Shown piece by piece: positions 18,909 through 27,602 of a stretch of DNA of 44,692 nucleotides; position 1 is the first letter of the stretch; every line of letters begins with the position of its first letter. The position numbers and the translations under genes were made by a program. Below the pieces are notes generated by a model, which saw only the letters and a list, made by a program, of their open reading frames with translations, was not told the DNA's origin and did not search any database. Source of the DNA: a virus (Duplodnaviria > Caudoviricetes); IMG/VR virus record IMGVR_UViG_3300046786_000935, positions 1-44,692 of that record; one strand, given 5' to 3'.

Positions 18909-19973
18909 ATGAAGATCACTGGCAACTCAATCCTGTTCGAAAACGGTTTTTCGCTTGTCCTGCACCGCACAATCCGTTTGCCCGAGGATGGAAAGGCTCA
19001 TGCCCTTCCCCCTTCTCGTGGCAGCTTCCCGATGAAGCGGATCGAGGACTACAAGGACAAGATTCCCGAGGCATGGCGTGACCACGGTGGTGTGTTCATT
19101 CCGATGTATGCCCGTGAGGCTATGTGGCTTGGTTTCAATGGAGCAACCTCGGCTGTCAAGGTTGCTACCGGCAAGGTGAACGCTGTCTCCGGTGGCAAGT
19201 GGACCCAAGAGCTCCAGCCTCCTACTGGGGTTGATGGCAAGGACCCTGAGCAAGACTACATGGTCGCTCCCCGTCCCCAGCCCTGGTTGGACGGATTCAA
19301 TGTTGGTGGCGGACAGATTCGTCAGTTTGTTGCCATGCAGATGGGTCAGGGTTACACCGTCGAAGGATAGGTGACTGGCAAGGAAGATGTTGGAGGAATC
19401 CAGGTCCTCGTTGTTCCTGCGAAGCCTGGGAAGATTTCTGCCTCAAGCGCTTGCATTCTGGAGTCTTTTGCGATGCCAGCCAGCACTGGTTACTACATGT
19501 CGGGTGAAGATGCCGTGGTGGCATCGCCTGCTTCTGCCACGCTTGGTGGAGCATTGCGGTCGGCAACAAGGTCGGCTCTTCCGAAGGCTGCTGAGATGGG
19601 CCTTGCTCAGGGTGGAAGGATGAGGCAGGATATCTACGCTGACCCTCACGGTATCGACGTTTGGGATCAGACGAAGGCAGAGCGCATTTTCATTCACATC
19701 GTGAATGCTGAGTTGTGGGAGAAGATCACAGGAGAGAAGTGCCCGCCAAGCCCAATCGACGCTTCGGAGTACAACGGCCCGTGGTTTGACTACAACAGCG
19801 GCGAGAAAGCTCTCCAGGGCTCTGGAACGCTCGCAAACGTCAAGCCAGTGTCTCAGAAGGACAAGGAGCACGGCTTCGTCGGACAGCAGAACGACGAACC
19901 TCTGAACGAGGCCCCAAAGGTTGTAAACCTGACACCAACGCCAAAGAACGCGATTTCTGACGGCAACTGGTGA
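18909..19973 (+). pseudogene. conserved hypothetical protein interrupted by a single in-frame TAG (19368-19370); nonsense allele or readthrough gene
   Basis: Both halves are in one frame; RTIRLPEDG..LPP, PMYAREAMW, QPWLDG, IRQFVAM, GYTVEG*VTGKEDVGGIQ, MGLAQGGRMRQDIYADP form one recognisable family. Confidence 0.75.
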
Positions 19974-19981
19974 CAAACACC

Positions 19982-20037
19982 ACTCCAGGGGGGTAATATG
20001 AAAGGCGGCGAAAGTCGCCTTTCGTCATTTCTGGAGT
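19982..20037 (+). terminator. strong stem-loop after 19973, likely terminator or processing hairpin
   Basis: ATGAAAGGCGGC-GAAA-GTCGCCTTTCGT (19998-20025), flanked by an outer ACTCCAG/CTGGAGT pair. Confidence 0.65.
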
Positions 20038-20042
20038 AACAG

Positions 20043-20345
20043 ATGAAAAAGAATCCCCGCTCTTCAACAAAAAAGAACTCAGCCTTCAAGCAAGCTGCAC
20101 CAAGGAGGTCGGTTGACCTTGCCGAACAACGCTTGTTGATTCTTGGGCTCATTTCCGAGCTTCGCAGCCTAGCGAAGTCCATGAAGAAAGCCAAGCCTGC
20201 AAATATCAGACAAATGAGCTTCCTTCGGGAGGAGATTCGTCGAGCCTTTCGCAGCATGTACCTCCTTGACAACAGCCTCTTTCTTGCGACGATTCAAAGC
20301 ACCAAGAAGGCAATCTCCATCGCCAAGAGCGACGAGGAAGAGTGA
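20043..20345 (+). CDS. hypothetical basic protein
   Basis: GGAG RBS; overlaps the start of the next gene. Confidence 0.6.
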   Translation: MKKNPRSSTKKNSAFKQAAPRRSVDLAEQRLLILGLISELRSLAKSMKKAKPANIRQMSFLREEIRRAFRSMYLLDNSLFLATIQSTKKAISIAKSDEEE

Positions 20346-21361
20346 TGAAGATTTCAGCCTACACGACCACTCGAAACTGCGAGGAGATGGACTATCCCTT
20401 TGTGGAGTCTATTCGGTCCATGCTTCAGTTCGCAGACGAGGTCGTTGTCCTTGATACCAGCGATGGGGAGGATGGAACTCCAGAGCAGTTGGCTTCCTTG
20501 GCCAAGGAGGATTCCAGGGTGAAGGTTCTCCATGGGAACAAGCTCTTCGACTGGACAGCTCCAAACCACGGTATCTTCGACGGGCAAACCAAGGCTATGG
20601 CTCGTGCATCTTGCACTGGTCAATTCCTTTGGCAGTTTGACGTGGATGAGCTTGTTCATGAGAAGGACGCTCCCAACATCAGGAAGATCATCGAAGGCAG
20701 CAAGTACCTTCAAGGAGCACCGATTCTTGCCCTCCCAGTGGTCGAGTATTGGGGTAGACAGGGCAAGGTGAGGGTGGACATCAATCCATGGAAGCCTCGC
20801 CTCTCCAAGAACCTTCCTGACATTACCCATGGCATCCCGAAGCACCTTCGAAGGAAGTTCGATGGATTGGATTATGCTTCCCCTGGGACCGATACATGCG
20901 ACTACATCTCAAAGGCCAGCGGCAACCCGCTTCCGGTCATTGGCTTTGTCCCTGAGCAGATTGAACAGCTTCGTCGAGGAAGCTTTACCAACCCAAAGCT
21001 CGCGGAGCCTTACGGACGTTGGTACAACTCAGTGATCAACCAACTCCCAGGTGTCTTCCATTACTCTTGGTTCAACATTGAACGCAAGATCAGGCAGTAC
21101 AAGCTCTTCTGGACCGATTTCTGGAAGGCAATGTACGGTCCCGACTCCGCTCAGAACAAAGACCCAAATTGGAATCCCTTCTTCGAGGTCCCTTGGTCTG
21201 AAGTCACCGATGAGATGATCAAAGCCAAGGCGGAAGAACTGGAGACCAAGACTGGAGGTCACATCTTCCACACAAGGTGGGCTGGTCAGGTAATTCCGCA
21301 CGTCAAGATTAACCGAGAGCACCCGGCTTTGATCAAGGAGTGGGTGAAAGCACATGGATGA
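20342..21361 (+). CDS. glycosyltransferase family 2 (GT-A)
   Basis: KISAYTTTRN, DEVVVLD..DGT, WQFDVDE (DxD), FHYSW. Confidence 0.85.
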   Translation: MMKISAYTTTRNCEEMDYPFVESIRSMLQFADEVVVLDTSDGEDGTPEQLASLAKEDSRVKVLHGNKLFDWTAPNHGIFDGQTKAMARASCTGQFLWQFDVDELVHEKDAPNIRKIIEGSKYLQGAPILALPVVEYWGRQGKVRVDINPWKPRLSKNLPDITHGIPKHLRRKFDGLDYASPGTDTCDYISKASGNPLPVIGFVPEQIEQLRRGSFTNPKLAEPYGRWYNSVINQLPGVFHYSWFNIERKIRQYKLFWTDFWKAMYGPDSAQNKDPNWNPFFEVPWSEVTDEMIKAKAEELETKTGGHIFHTRWAGQVIPHVKINREHPALIKEWVKAHG

Positions 21362-21527
21362 GAACATCCCGGAAGTGAACATCGTTTTCGAGGGCCCCCC
21401 AGTTCCCAAAAAGTTGAAAATTAAGCGGTCTGGCCTTCTTGAAAAAAGAAATCCGTTCCGTCGCACTCTGTTGGCCTACTCGGTCTGGCTGAGATATGCA
21501 CAAAACAATTTCGGAGATCACCATTGA
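21354..21527 (+). CDS. mini-ORF A (57 aa), capsid-like segment plus PFRxT tag
   Basis: Manual translation MDENIPEVNIVFEGPPVPKKLKIKRSGLLEKRNPFRRTLLAYSVWLRYAQNNFGDHH; overlaps the GT stop. Confidence 0.65.
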   Translation: MDENIPEVNIVFEGPPVPKKLKIKRSGLLEKRNPFRRTLLAYSVWLRYAQNNFGDHH

Positions 21528-21815
21528 CCTTACCACCGAAGAGGAAAATCAGGGCTATATGGACAGTCGAAATGCAGCAGGATGTCAAAGCTTATCATTC
21601 TCTCATGTTCGGAAAAGGCAGTCCATTCCGTCGTACTGCATTGTCCTATCAATTCTGGCTGAGATATGTACGAAGCGATCCCTGAAATCACCATTGATCT
21701 TGCCACTGTAGAAGCCCCGAAGAGGAAAATCAGGGCTATATGGGGACCTCGACTGCTTGATGACCGATATTGGATTTGGCGTGCTTGGCTAGCAGGTCCA
21801 TTCCGTCGTACTGTC
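21453..21815 (+). repeat. imperfect tandem repeat, period ~170-175 bp (two units plus the start of a third)
   Basis: CC(G/A)TTCCGTCG(C/T)ACT at 21453, 21623 and 21798; TCTGGCTGAGATATG, ATCACCATTGA and CCGAAGAGGAAAATCAGGGCTATATGG each present twice. Confidence 0.85.
21524..21685 (+). CDS. mini-ORF B (53 aa), capsid-like segment plus PFRxT tag
   Basis: TTG start with GGAG 7 nt upstream; MTLPPKRKIRAIWTVEMQQDVKAYHSLMFGKGSPFRRTALSYQFWLRYVRSDP. Confidence 0.65.
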   Translation: MTLPPKRKIRAIWTVEMQQDVKAYHSLMFGKGSPFRRTALSYQFWLRYVRSDP

Positions 21816-21884
21816 TTAGTTCCAAGGCTCAAAGATGAAAAACCCATTTCGCATGACCTGCATTCGGATCAAGACGGTGTATAG
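21666..21884 (+). CDS. mini-ORF C (72 aa), capsid-like segment plus PFRxT tag
   Basis: MYEAIPEITIDLATVEAPKRKIRAIWGPRLLDD...GPFRRTVL. Confidence 0.65.
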   Translation: MYEAIPEITIDLATVEAPKRKIRAIWGPRLLDDRYWIWRAWLAGPFRRTVLVPRLKDEKPISHDLHSDQDGV

Positions 21885-22029
21885 TCATATGAGCAACCTT
21901 CTGATGAAGTCCAGAAGCATCGGCATAAGCGCCACCCTCGCTAGGTTGATGATGTTGCAGTCGTCGGGGTCACGAAGAGAACGCAGGTTGTGGCTCAAGC
22001 AAGTAAGAAGACGAAGAAGGCTGAAATGA
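21835..22029 (+). CDS. mini-ORF D (64 aa), N-terminal PFRxT tag, very basic
   Basis: MKNPFRMTCIR...; ATGA coupling to the next ORF. Confidence 0.55.
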   Translation: MKNPFRMTCIRIKTVYSHMSNLLMKSRSIGISATLARLMMLQSSGSRRERRLWLKQVRRRRRLK

Positions 22030-22238
22030 CAAACAACAACAGCTTCACGAAACTCCAGTTCCCGATTGTTCGGAGGACCTTTCCATCTCTCGGCGGTTTG
22101 TATACCAGAAAGGCCAAAAACCCCTTTCGATTCACCTGCTTGAGACCTGACGCGTCTGTGTTCCTTCACCGTGATGAACCAGCCATACTTCTCACAAAAG
22201 ACATGTTCCAACTTCTGAAGTGTGAGATTTCCCTGTGA
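22026..22238 (+). CDS. mini-ORF E (70 aa), Gol-like capsid segment plus PFRFTCL
   Basis: MTNNNSFTKLQFPIVRRTFPSLGGLYTRKAKNPFRFTCLR. Confidence 0.65.
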   Translation: MTNNNSFTKLQFPIVRRTFPSLGGLYTRKAKNPFRFTCLRPDASVFLHRDEPAILLTKDMFQLLKCEISL

Positions 22239-22450
22239 AAACTCTTTCAGTGGAGACGCTAAGGGAAATGGCTGTTCACCTCTATGGTTCAAATTTGGCT
22301 ATAGCTGAAACTGAAGTCCCAGTGTTCGTTGAGAGACACGAGGAGTTTCTTCCGGTCATTCGCCCTTTTCGCTTTACGTGTCTTGGTAGATTGTCGAAGG
22401 AGTTTTGGACAAAGCACCTCCTCGCCGAACTAGGAAAGGGTGCGTCATGA
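22235..22450 (+). CDS. mini-ORF F (71 aa) with PFRFTCL tag
   Basis: GTGA/ATGA coupled at both ends; FLPVIRPFRFTCLG. Confidence 0.6.
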   Translation: MKTLSVETLREMAVHLYGSNLAIAETEVPVFVERHEEFLPVIRPFRFTCLGRLSKEFWTKHLLAELGKGAS

Positions 22451-22662
22451 TTGAGAAGGAAACGGTCAAGCTGGCAATTGCGAGGATTTGCGAGCACCTC
22501 GACCAAGCGGCTGCGGAGGAGTATGTGCGCAATCTGATTGAGGTCAAGGTTCCGGCTGCTTTTCGCTTTACATGTCTCAGTAATTCCATCAAGGAGAACG
22601 CCGTTGGTGAGTTCCTGGAATTCGTTCGGTCCAACTACCGAACCAAGGATGGAAGTGCCTGA
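22447..22662 (+). CDS. mini-ORF G (71 aa) with AFRFTCL tag
   Basis: ATGA-coupled start; VPAAFRFTCLS. Confidence 0.6.
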   Translation: MIEKETVKLAIARICEHLDQAAAEEYVRNLIEVKVPAAFRFTCLSNSIKENAVGEFLEFVRSNYRTKDGSA

Positions 22663-22733
22663 AGAGGGAGCTATCCAAATATGTCGCCCCAAGAAATTCT
22701 CAAGCGTCGCATAGGAAAGACGAAGATAAAGGT

Positions 22734-23501
22734 ATGTCAGAAACAACCTCCCCGGCCGAAGAGGCTACTGATTCAGTTGTCACAAGTCCTCGGATCACTG
22801 TTGTGGTGCCTTGCTACAATCATGGACGGTATCTCCGAGAAGCTACGGAAAGTCTGATCGCTCAGACCTACAAGAACCTGGAGATCATCATTGTCAACGA
22901 CGGCTCATCGGACAATACTGCTGAGGTTGCCCAAGAGCTGGTCAAGGAAGATCCAAGAGTCAGGTTCATCAACTTCCCCGAGAACAAGGGGAAGTGGTTC
23001 TGCTTGAACACAGCGATCGAGCAGAGCACCGGTTTGATCATCACCTCCCAGGACGCCGATGACATTGCTCTTCCCAATAGGATTGAGCGCCAGTTCATGG
23101 CGATGCAGTTCACAGAGAGCGTCCACAATCTCTGTGGGTTCCATCACTGCCGTTCCGAGGCCGAAGTTGAGGCTCTCAAGAGTACAGTGGTTGAAGGGGA
23201 GCTCAAGGGAATTGACTCCGAGAACGTGGCCAAGATGGTTGAATACGGATTCTCCACAAAGGGAATCAACCACTACTTCACCGCCGAGTTTGAAACGGCG
23301 GGAACATCTGCTATGTTCCTGAAGGCGATCTGGAACATTGGTTTCCGTTTCAACCCACCTGGAGTGGGCTTGAGGGTTACAAATTCCGAGGATTCGGACT
23401 TCAACATCCGAGTTACCTTGGCTTTGAGGAATACCAGCGTTCTCGCTGAGCAGCTCTACCTCTACAGAAGATGGACGGGCACAAACAACGAGAGTAAGTG
23501 A
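22734..23501 (+). CDS. glycosyltransferase family 2
   Basis: ITVVVPCYNHGRYL, EIIIVNDGSSD, QDADD, EDSDFNIR. Confidence 0.92.
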   Translation: MSETTSPAEEATDSVVTSPRITVVVPCYNHGRYLREATESLIAQTYKNLEIIIVNDGSSDNTAEVAQELVKEDPRVRFINFPENKGKWFCLNTAIEQSTGLIITSQDADDIALPNRIERQFMAMQFTESVHNLCGFHHCRSEAEVEALKSTVVEGELKGIDSENVAKMVEYGFSTKGINHYFTAEFETAGTSAMFLKAIWNIGFRFNPPGVGLRVTNSEDSDFNIRVTLALRNTSVLAEQLYLYRRWTGTNNESK

Positions 23502-23502
23502 A

Positions 23503-23784
23503 ATGCTACAATACGACGAGCAAACTCTAACGTCTTACGGATGGGCACCCTTTGCTCAGGTCTTCGGTGAACTCCCTGGCTTGGAGCAGGAACTACAGCA
23601 GTTCGTGCATGAACGACTGACACAAGAAACTGCTCGCAGGATCACTGAGGTCACTCAGAACTACCTCGATAGAGCAATGCTAAGCATGCACCTCCATCCT
23701 AGCGGTCCTCGTCCCAAACTGGAGTTCTGGAATCCACCCGGCACCAATTCGATGATTTTGGTTGTGAAAACAGGGAGAAAATGA
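23503..23784 (+). CDS. hypothetical protein
   Basis: 93-aa ORF packed between coupled genes. Confidence 0.6.
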   Translation: MLQYDEQTLTSYGWAPFAQVFGELPGLEQELQQFVHERLTQETARRITEVTQNYLDRAMLSMHLHPSGPRPKLEFWNPPGTNSMILVVKTGRK

Positions 23785-24023
23785 GCAATTCAACTCTCCC
23801 CCCTGTACCAACCCATCCACCCTTGCGTAGCTGCTGGAGACACTTCAAGGGCAACGTCTACATCGTATCGGACATTGCTCGGGACTGTGAGGAGCCTGGG
23901 AGGTTCCTCGTGGTTTACCGAAGCATGAAGGGGGACGTTTGGGTTCGTCCTCTCCCTGACTTCCTCGGAACTCACGAAAGCGGCGTTCCGAGATTTGAAC
24001 AGATCACGCAGCCGCAGCTCTAG
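23781..24023 (+). CDS. DUF1653-family protein
   Basis: WRHFKGNVYIV...A...E...LVVYR...VWVRPLPDF...PRF. Confidence 0.85.
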   Translation: MSNSTLPPVPTHPPLRSCWRHFKGNVYIVSDIARDCEEPGRFLVVYRSMKGDVWVRPLPDFLGTHESGVPRFEQITQPQL

Positions 24024-24055
24024 TTTCGAACCACCAAGTGACATAATTACGGTGT

Positions 24056-25762
24056 ATGCCAAGTCTATCGAAATTCTTCGAGTGGTACTCGAACCAAGAG
24101 CTCCAGGAACGCCAGCGTGGGGAAAAGTTTGGCTTGCCCAAAGTCGATCGAGCAGCAAGAATCAAATCGTACGCCAAGTACGGGTATCTTGCTCATTTTG
24201 GCAACCTTGGGGATAGTGGCGACCGCTTTTCGAACGACCGCTACGTTTCGAAGCATGAGTTTAGGTGGGAAACACCATCTGGCGTTTATGGTTACCCACT
24301 TGACTTGATGGCTGACAATGTCATCAAGAATGCCGTTCCATTCGCAGCAGAGTCCCCGTACATCTACATCCTCAAGGTTCACCACCCCGAGAAGCTTTTG
24401 AACTTGCGGGAGTATGACGACCCAGAACTTGCTGCTGACTTGGAAAAGCTCAAGGGCATGTTTGATCCGGCAATTTTTGCTGATACCCTCAAGCGATATC
24501 GCAATTACAACGCCCCCGAGCAGATCGTGTACATGACCAACACCCTAAGCGGAAGGAATCCGCATAAGTGGTCCTCCATTCTGAGGAAGCTTGGGTATGT
24601 CGGAATCTACGATCCAGAGTACGGCATCATCCACGAAAACGAACCAACTCAGGTGGTTCTCTTTGGACCTGACGTGTTTGAAGTGGTTGACAAAATTGAA
24701 AACAACCCCGGAAGTCAAGAAAGGAACTACGAGCTGGCATCTTCCCCCGGCACTGATGCACGCACACTAGGGAAGCTAGCAGCGCTCCAGGATGGGGAAT
24801 TGAGCAGTGTGATTGCCAAGAATCCGAACGCCAACGAGCGAACTCTCAGGAAGATTTTCTCCGACTTCGCTTGGCCTGGGGTGGCCATGAGTCTTTTGAT
24901 TAACCCGAAGCTGCCAGCAGACATGATCGAACCTGCTATAGCTGTGTTGGAAAAACGCCCTGATTTGCTTTCTGGTGTTGCCAGAAATGCAGTTTCTCAA
25001 AAGGTAATCCAAGCCTTGCTTGCTAGGAACAACCACAACATCAATTCCGGTCTGGTAGGAAATTTGAATGTCCCGGACGCTACAGTCGCAGGCTTGTTTC
25101 AAGTCGGGCCTATCACTTGGGACTTTATGGCAGAATTGTCTTCCAGACCAAAAATCTCACCACAGTTGTATCAGATGGTGTGGCCGTCACTATCCCCCAA
25201 GAACAAGATAAACATTGCCTTCCGAGATGATTTTCCTGTTCTTGCAGATGATCAGAAAACGCTGAGCACGTACTTTCATGATGTACTTGCCGCTGCAACT
25301 GAACCTGTTGACTACGTGAACATTCTCCGAAGGGAAAAGTTGCCGCCAGAGGCTCTTATGCAAATTGCAGCCAAAGTGCAAAGCAATACCTCGTGGAACG
25401 TTCACCAACTCAAACAAGTTTACGAACCAATGTTCGAGCAGGAGAACGCCACCGAGCTCATTCGAGCTCTTGTTCAGTCTGCGCCTGAAATCGTGAAAAT
25501 CCTCATGGCTTCTTCCGACCAAACACCAGTGGACGTGTTGGAGCAACTTGTTGCAGAGAACAGCATGGATTTGCTTTACGCGCTCGTGTACAACTCAAAG
25601 TCAACTCCTAAGATTTTCCAAGCAATTCTGGCGAAACAGCCGCCAGAGAACCCAGACGATCAAAGCGTCTTGAAAATTGCCAAAAAGGCTGCGGCTCGCA
25701 AGTTGGGTGTCGCTCCTCCGCTTACGGAGAGCTTGGTGAACTTCTACGCCAGACTCTACTAG
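24056..25762 (+). CDS. late/virion-associated protein: possible ADP-ribosyltransferase-like N-domain plus helical (LRV/HEAT-like) repeats
   Basis: TPSGVYGYP...LRKLGYVGIYD...IHENEPTQVVLF; repeats such as IAKNPNANERTL and LINPKLPADMI; TAATTA 6 nt before ATG. Confidence 0.55.
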   Translation: MPSLSKFFEWYSNQELQERQRGEKFGLPKVDRAARIKSYAKYGYLAHFGNLGDSGDRFSNDRYVSKHEFRWETPSGVYGYPLDLMADNVIKNAVPFAAESPYIYILKVHHPEKLLNLREYDDPELAADLEKLKGMFDPAIFADTLKRYRNYNAPEQIVYMTNTLSGRNPHKWSSILRKLGYVGIYDPEYGIIHENEPTQVVLFGPDVFEVVDKIENNPGSQERNYELASSPGTDARTLGKLAALQDGELSSVIAKNPNANERTLRKIFSDFAWPGVAMSLLINPKLPADMIEPAIAVLEKRPDLLSGVARNAVSQKVIQALLARNNHNINSGLVGNLNVPDATVAGLFQVGPITWDFMAELSSRPKISPQLYQMVWPSLSPKNKINIAFRDDFPVLADDQKTLSTYFHDVLAAATEPVDYVNILRREKLPPEALMQIAAKVQSNTSWNVHQLKQVYEPMFEQENATELIRALVQSAPEIVKILMASSDQTPVDVLEQLVAENSMDLLYALVYNSKSTPKIFQAILAKQPPENPDDQSVLKIAKKAAARKLGVAPPLTESLVNFYARLY

Positions 25763-26445
25763 AAGGACTTAGCAACGAAGTCCTTGATCTTCTGGACGTG
25801 CTCACCGCTTACGTTGCCAAGGATCGTTCTCACAGACTGAGTTCCAGCGTAATCCTTGGAATACCAGCCTTCACCTGGGAAGTTCTTCTTGGTTGGGTGG
25901 TGACCATGCCACTCGAAGTTCGAGTTGAATACCCTGCGTCCAAGGAGCATGAGAACCGCTTCTTGGCTGGAAACCACCGGAACCCCTCTGGAGATGAAAA
26001 AGGCAGCGGCTTGGTCAGGAAGTTCTGCCCACCAGTTTGGCCTTCCCAGGATGTCTTTGATTGCCTTCATCAGGAAGCCCTTGCCAGCAGGGGAGCCATC
26101 GGAAGCAAAGACGGAAACCTTGACGCTTCCATTCCTTGTTGTTGAAGCAAAAGCAGCACTCCTGATCTTACCTTCTTTGTCAAGGGCGGGGTTGTTGAAA
26201 AACCAGTAGTCGTAGTTGTCCAACGCTCCAGGGGATGATACGTTCATGTGCCCGCCAACATCTCCGTAAGCGGAGTTGATGAGCTTGAACAGTTCAGATC
26301 GAACTTCATCAGCAAGCTCTGAATCGGGAGAGATTTCGATCATCTCCGGTTTTCCCTCAAAGGGGCTTGGTGTTGTATTGAGCTCAGGTTCAACTGGCTC
26401 ATTTTCGAGCAACAACCAAGAGTAGTATTCGTACAATGTCCGCAT
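25759..26445 (-). CDS. hypothetical late/virion-associated protein
   Basis: ATG 26445 lies 5 nt after TATTTA; N-terminus MRTLYEYYSWLLLENE. Confidence 0.65.
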   Translation of the reverse strand: MRTLYEYYSWLLLENEPVEPELNTTPSPFEGKPEMIEISPDSELADEVRSELFKLINSAYGDVGGHMNVSSPGALDNYDYWFFNNPALDKEGKIRSAAFASTTRNGSVKVSVFASDGSPAGKGFLMKAIKDILGRPNWWAELPDQAAAFFISRGVPVVSSQEAVLMLLGRRVFNSNFEWHGHHPTKKNFPGEGWYSKDYAGTQSVRTILGNVSGEHVQKIKDFVAKSF

Positions 26446-26491
26446 AGGGCTAAATAGCTCAAAGCGATCAACAAGAAAGAAGATCAGCAAT

Positions 26492-27193
26492 ATGAAGATT
26501 TCACTTTTGTGTCCAACACGTTCTCGTCCCCATGCAATGCAGCGCCTTTGGGAGTCTGCATGGGAGACAGCCGACGACAAGGCAAACCTGGAGATCGTCT
26601 TCTACATGGACAAGGATGACTTCCACTCCCACCGCCAGTTTGAGAAGATGGACTCTCCTCGACACTACGGTATCATTGGGGAACGAATCGTCCTCTCCGA
26701 GATGTGGAACGAGTGCCAGAAGATCGCCACGGGCGAGGTCTACATGCACTGCGGGGATGATATCATCTTCCGTTCCAAGGGTTGGGACACCTTGGTTCGT
26801 GAACACATGAATCGCTACCCCGACAAGATTGTCTTCGTCCACGGAATGGACGGCATCCAGAATGAGCGTCTTGGAACCCACGGCTTCCTTCACAAGAACT
26901 GGGTGGAGACGATCGGTTACTTCGTTCCTCCGTACTTCTCCTGCGACTACAACGATACGTGGCTGACAGATGTGAGCTCGATGATTGGCCGTAGGATCTA
27001 CGAGCCCAAGATTTACACCGAGCACATGCACTGGGCAGTTGGGAAGCAGCCAAGGGATCAAACCTACACAGATACCATCGCCAGGGGTCAGAGAGACGGT
27101 GTGACGGCCATGTACGAGTCCATGCTTCCCAAGCGTCAGGAAGACGCCAGGAAGCTCCAGGAGTTCATCAAGAGTTGCGAGGGAACCAAATGA
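26492..27193 (+). CDS. glycosyltransferase family 2
   Basis: KISLLCPTRSRP, EIVFYMDKDD, WNEC, CGDDIIFR, YNDTWL. Confidence 0.85.
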   Translation: MKISLLCPTRSRPHAMQRLWESAWETADDKANLEIVFYMDKDDFHSHRQFEKMDSPRHYGIIGERIVLSEMWNECQKIATGEVYMHCGDDIIFRSKGWDTLVREHMNRYPDKIVFVHGMDGIQNERLGTHGFLHKNWVETIGYFVPPYFSCDYNDTWLTDVSSMIGRRIYEPKIYTEHMHWAVGKQPRDQTYTDTIARGQRDGVTAMYESMLPKRQEDARKLQEFIKSCEGTK

Positions 27194-27279
27194 CTTGGCT
27201 TGAACTCTACCGCCTCAATCACCCTCAGAACGCCATGAAGTACGGCATCCTATGCCCGTACATCCCATTGGTGATGTGA
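27190..27279 (+). CDS. mini-ORF H (29 aa) ending in capsid-like CPYIPL
   Basis: MTWLELYRLNHPQNAMKYGILCPYIPLVM; ATGA-coupled start and TGATG-coupled end fill the gap exactly. Confidence 0.55.
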   Translation: MTWLELYRLNHPQNAMKYGILCPYIPLVM

Positions 27280-27602
27280 TGTTGAAACACTACACCCTGA
27301 TCTATTCCCGTGGGGAACCGAAAATTGCTCTAGACCTCTTTGAAGAGGAGCTCAAGCGCAAGGGGTCAATTTTCGAGACCGACACGGAGTTCCATGTTTG
27401 GGTCGATAACGACGACCATGCTACAGCAAAGGAGTTCTACTCCTTTCGGAAGTACATTCGGAAGGGGTTGAGGATCAAGCTCTACATCAACCCACCTCTG
27501 CTTTACCGGAAGGTTTGGGACTTTTTGGTCAGCCAGCTTGGTGCAAACATTCAGATCAACAACGTTTCCCGTGAAGTTATCTACGCCTCGGAGAGTGCAT
27601 GA
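27279..27602 (+). CDS. hypothetical protein
   Basis: Coupled at both ends (MLKHYTL...). Confidence 0.6.
   Translation: MLKHYTLIYSRGEPKIALDLFEEELKRKGSIFETDTEFHVWVDNDDHATAKEFYSFRKYIRKGLRIKLYINPPLLYRKVWDFLVSQLGANIQINNVSREVIYASESA

Noticed and set aside
19982-20037. tRNA or structured ncRNA
   Set aside because: It is a single hairpin with no cloverleaf or T-loop/D-loop motifs. I saw no tRNA or rRNA genes in the window.
21496-21711. ORF-track 71-aa ORF MHKTISEITIDL...
   Set aside because: After codon 14 it leaves the conserved frame because of the 11-nt deletion. The conserved content lies in the 21524-21685 frame.
21453-22600. CRISPR array, suggested by the recurring CC(A/C)TT(C/T)CG motif and the Cas4-like nuclease at 18017
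   Set aside because: Spacing is long and irregular (46-280 bp), copies vary at synonymous codon positions, and no cas1/cas2 or effector genes are present. Solo Cas4-like nucleases are common in phages.
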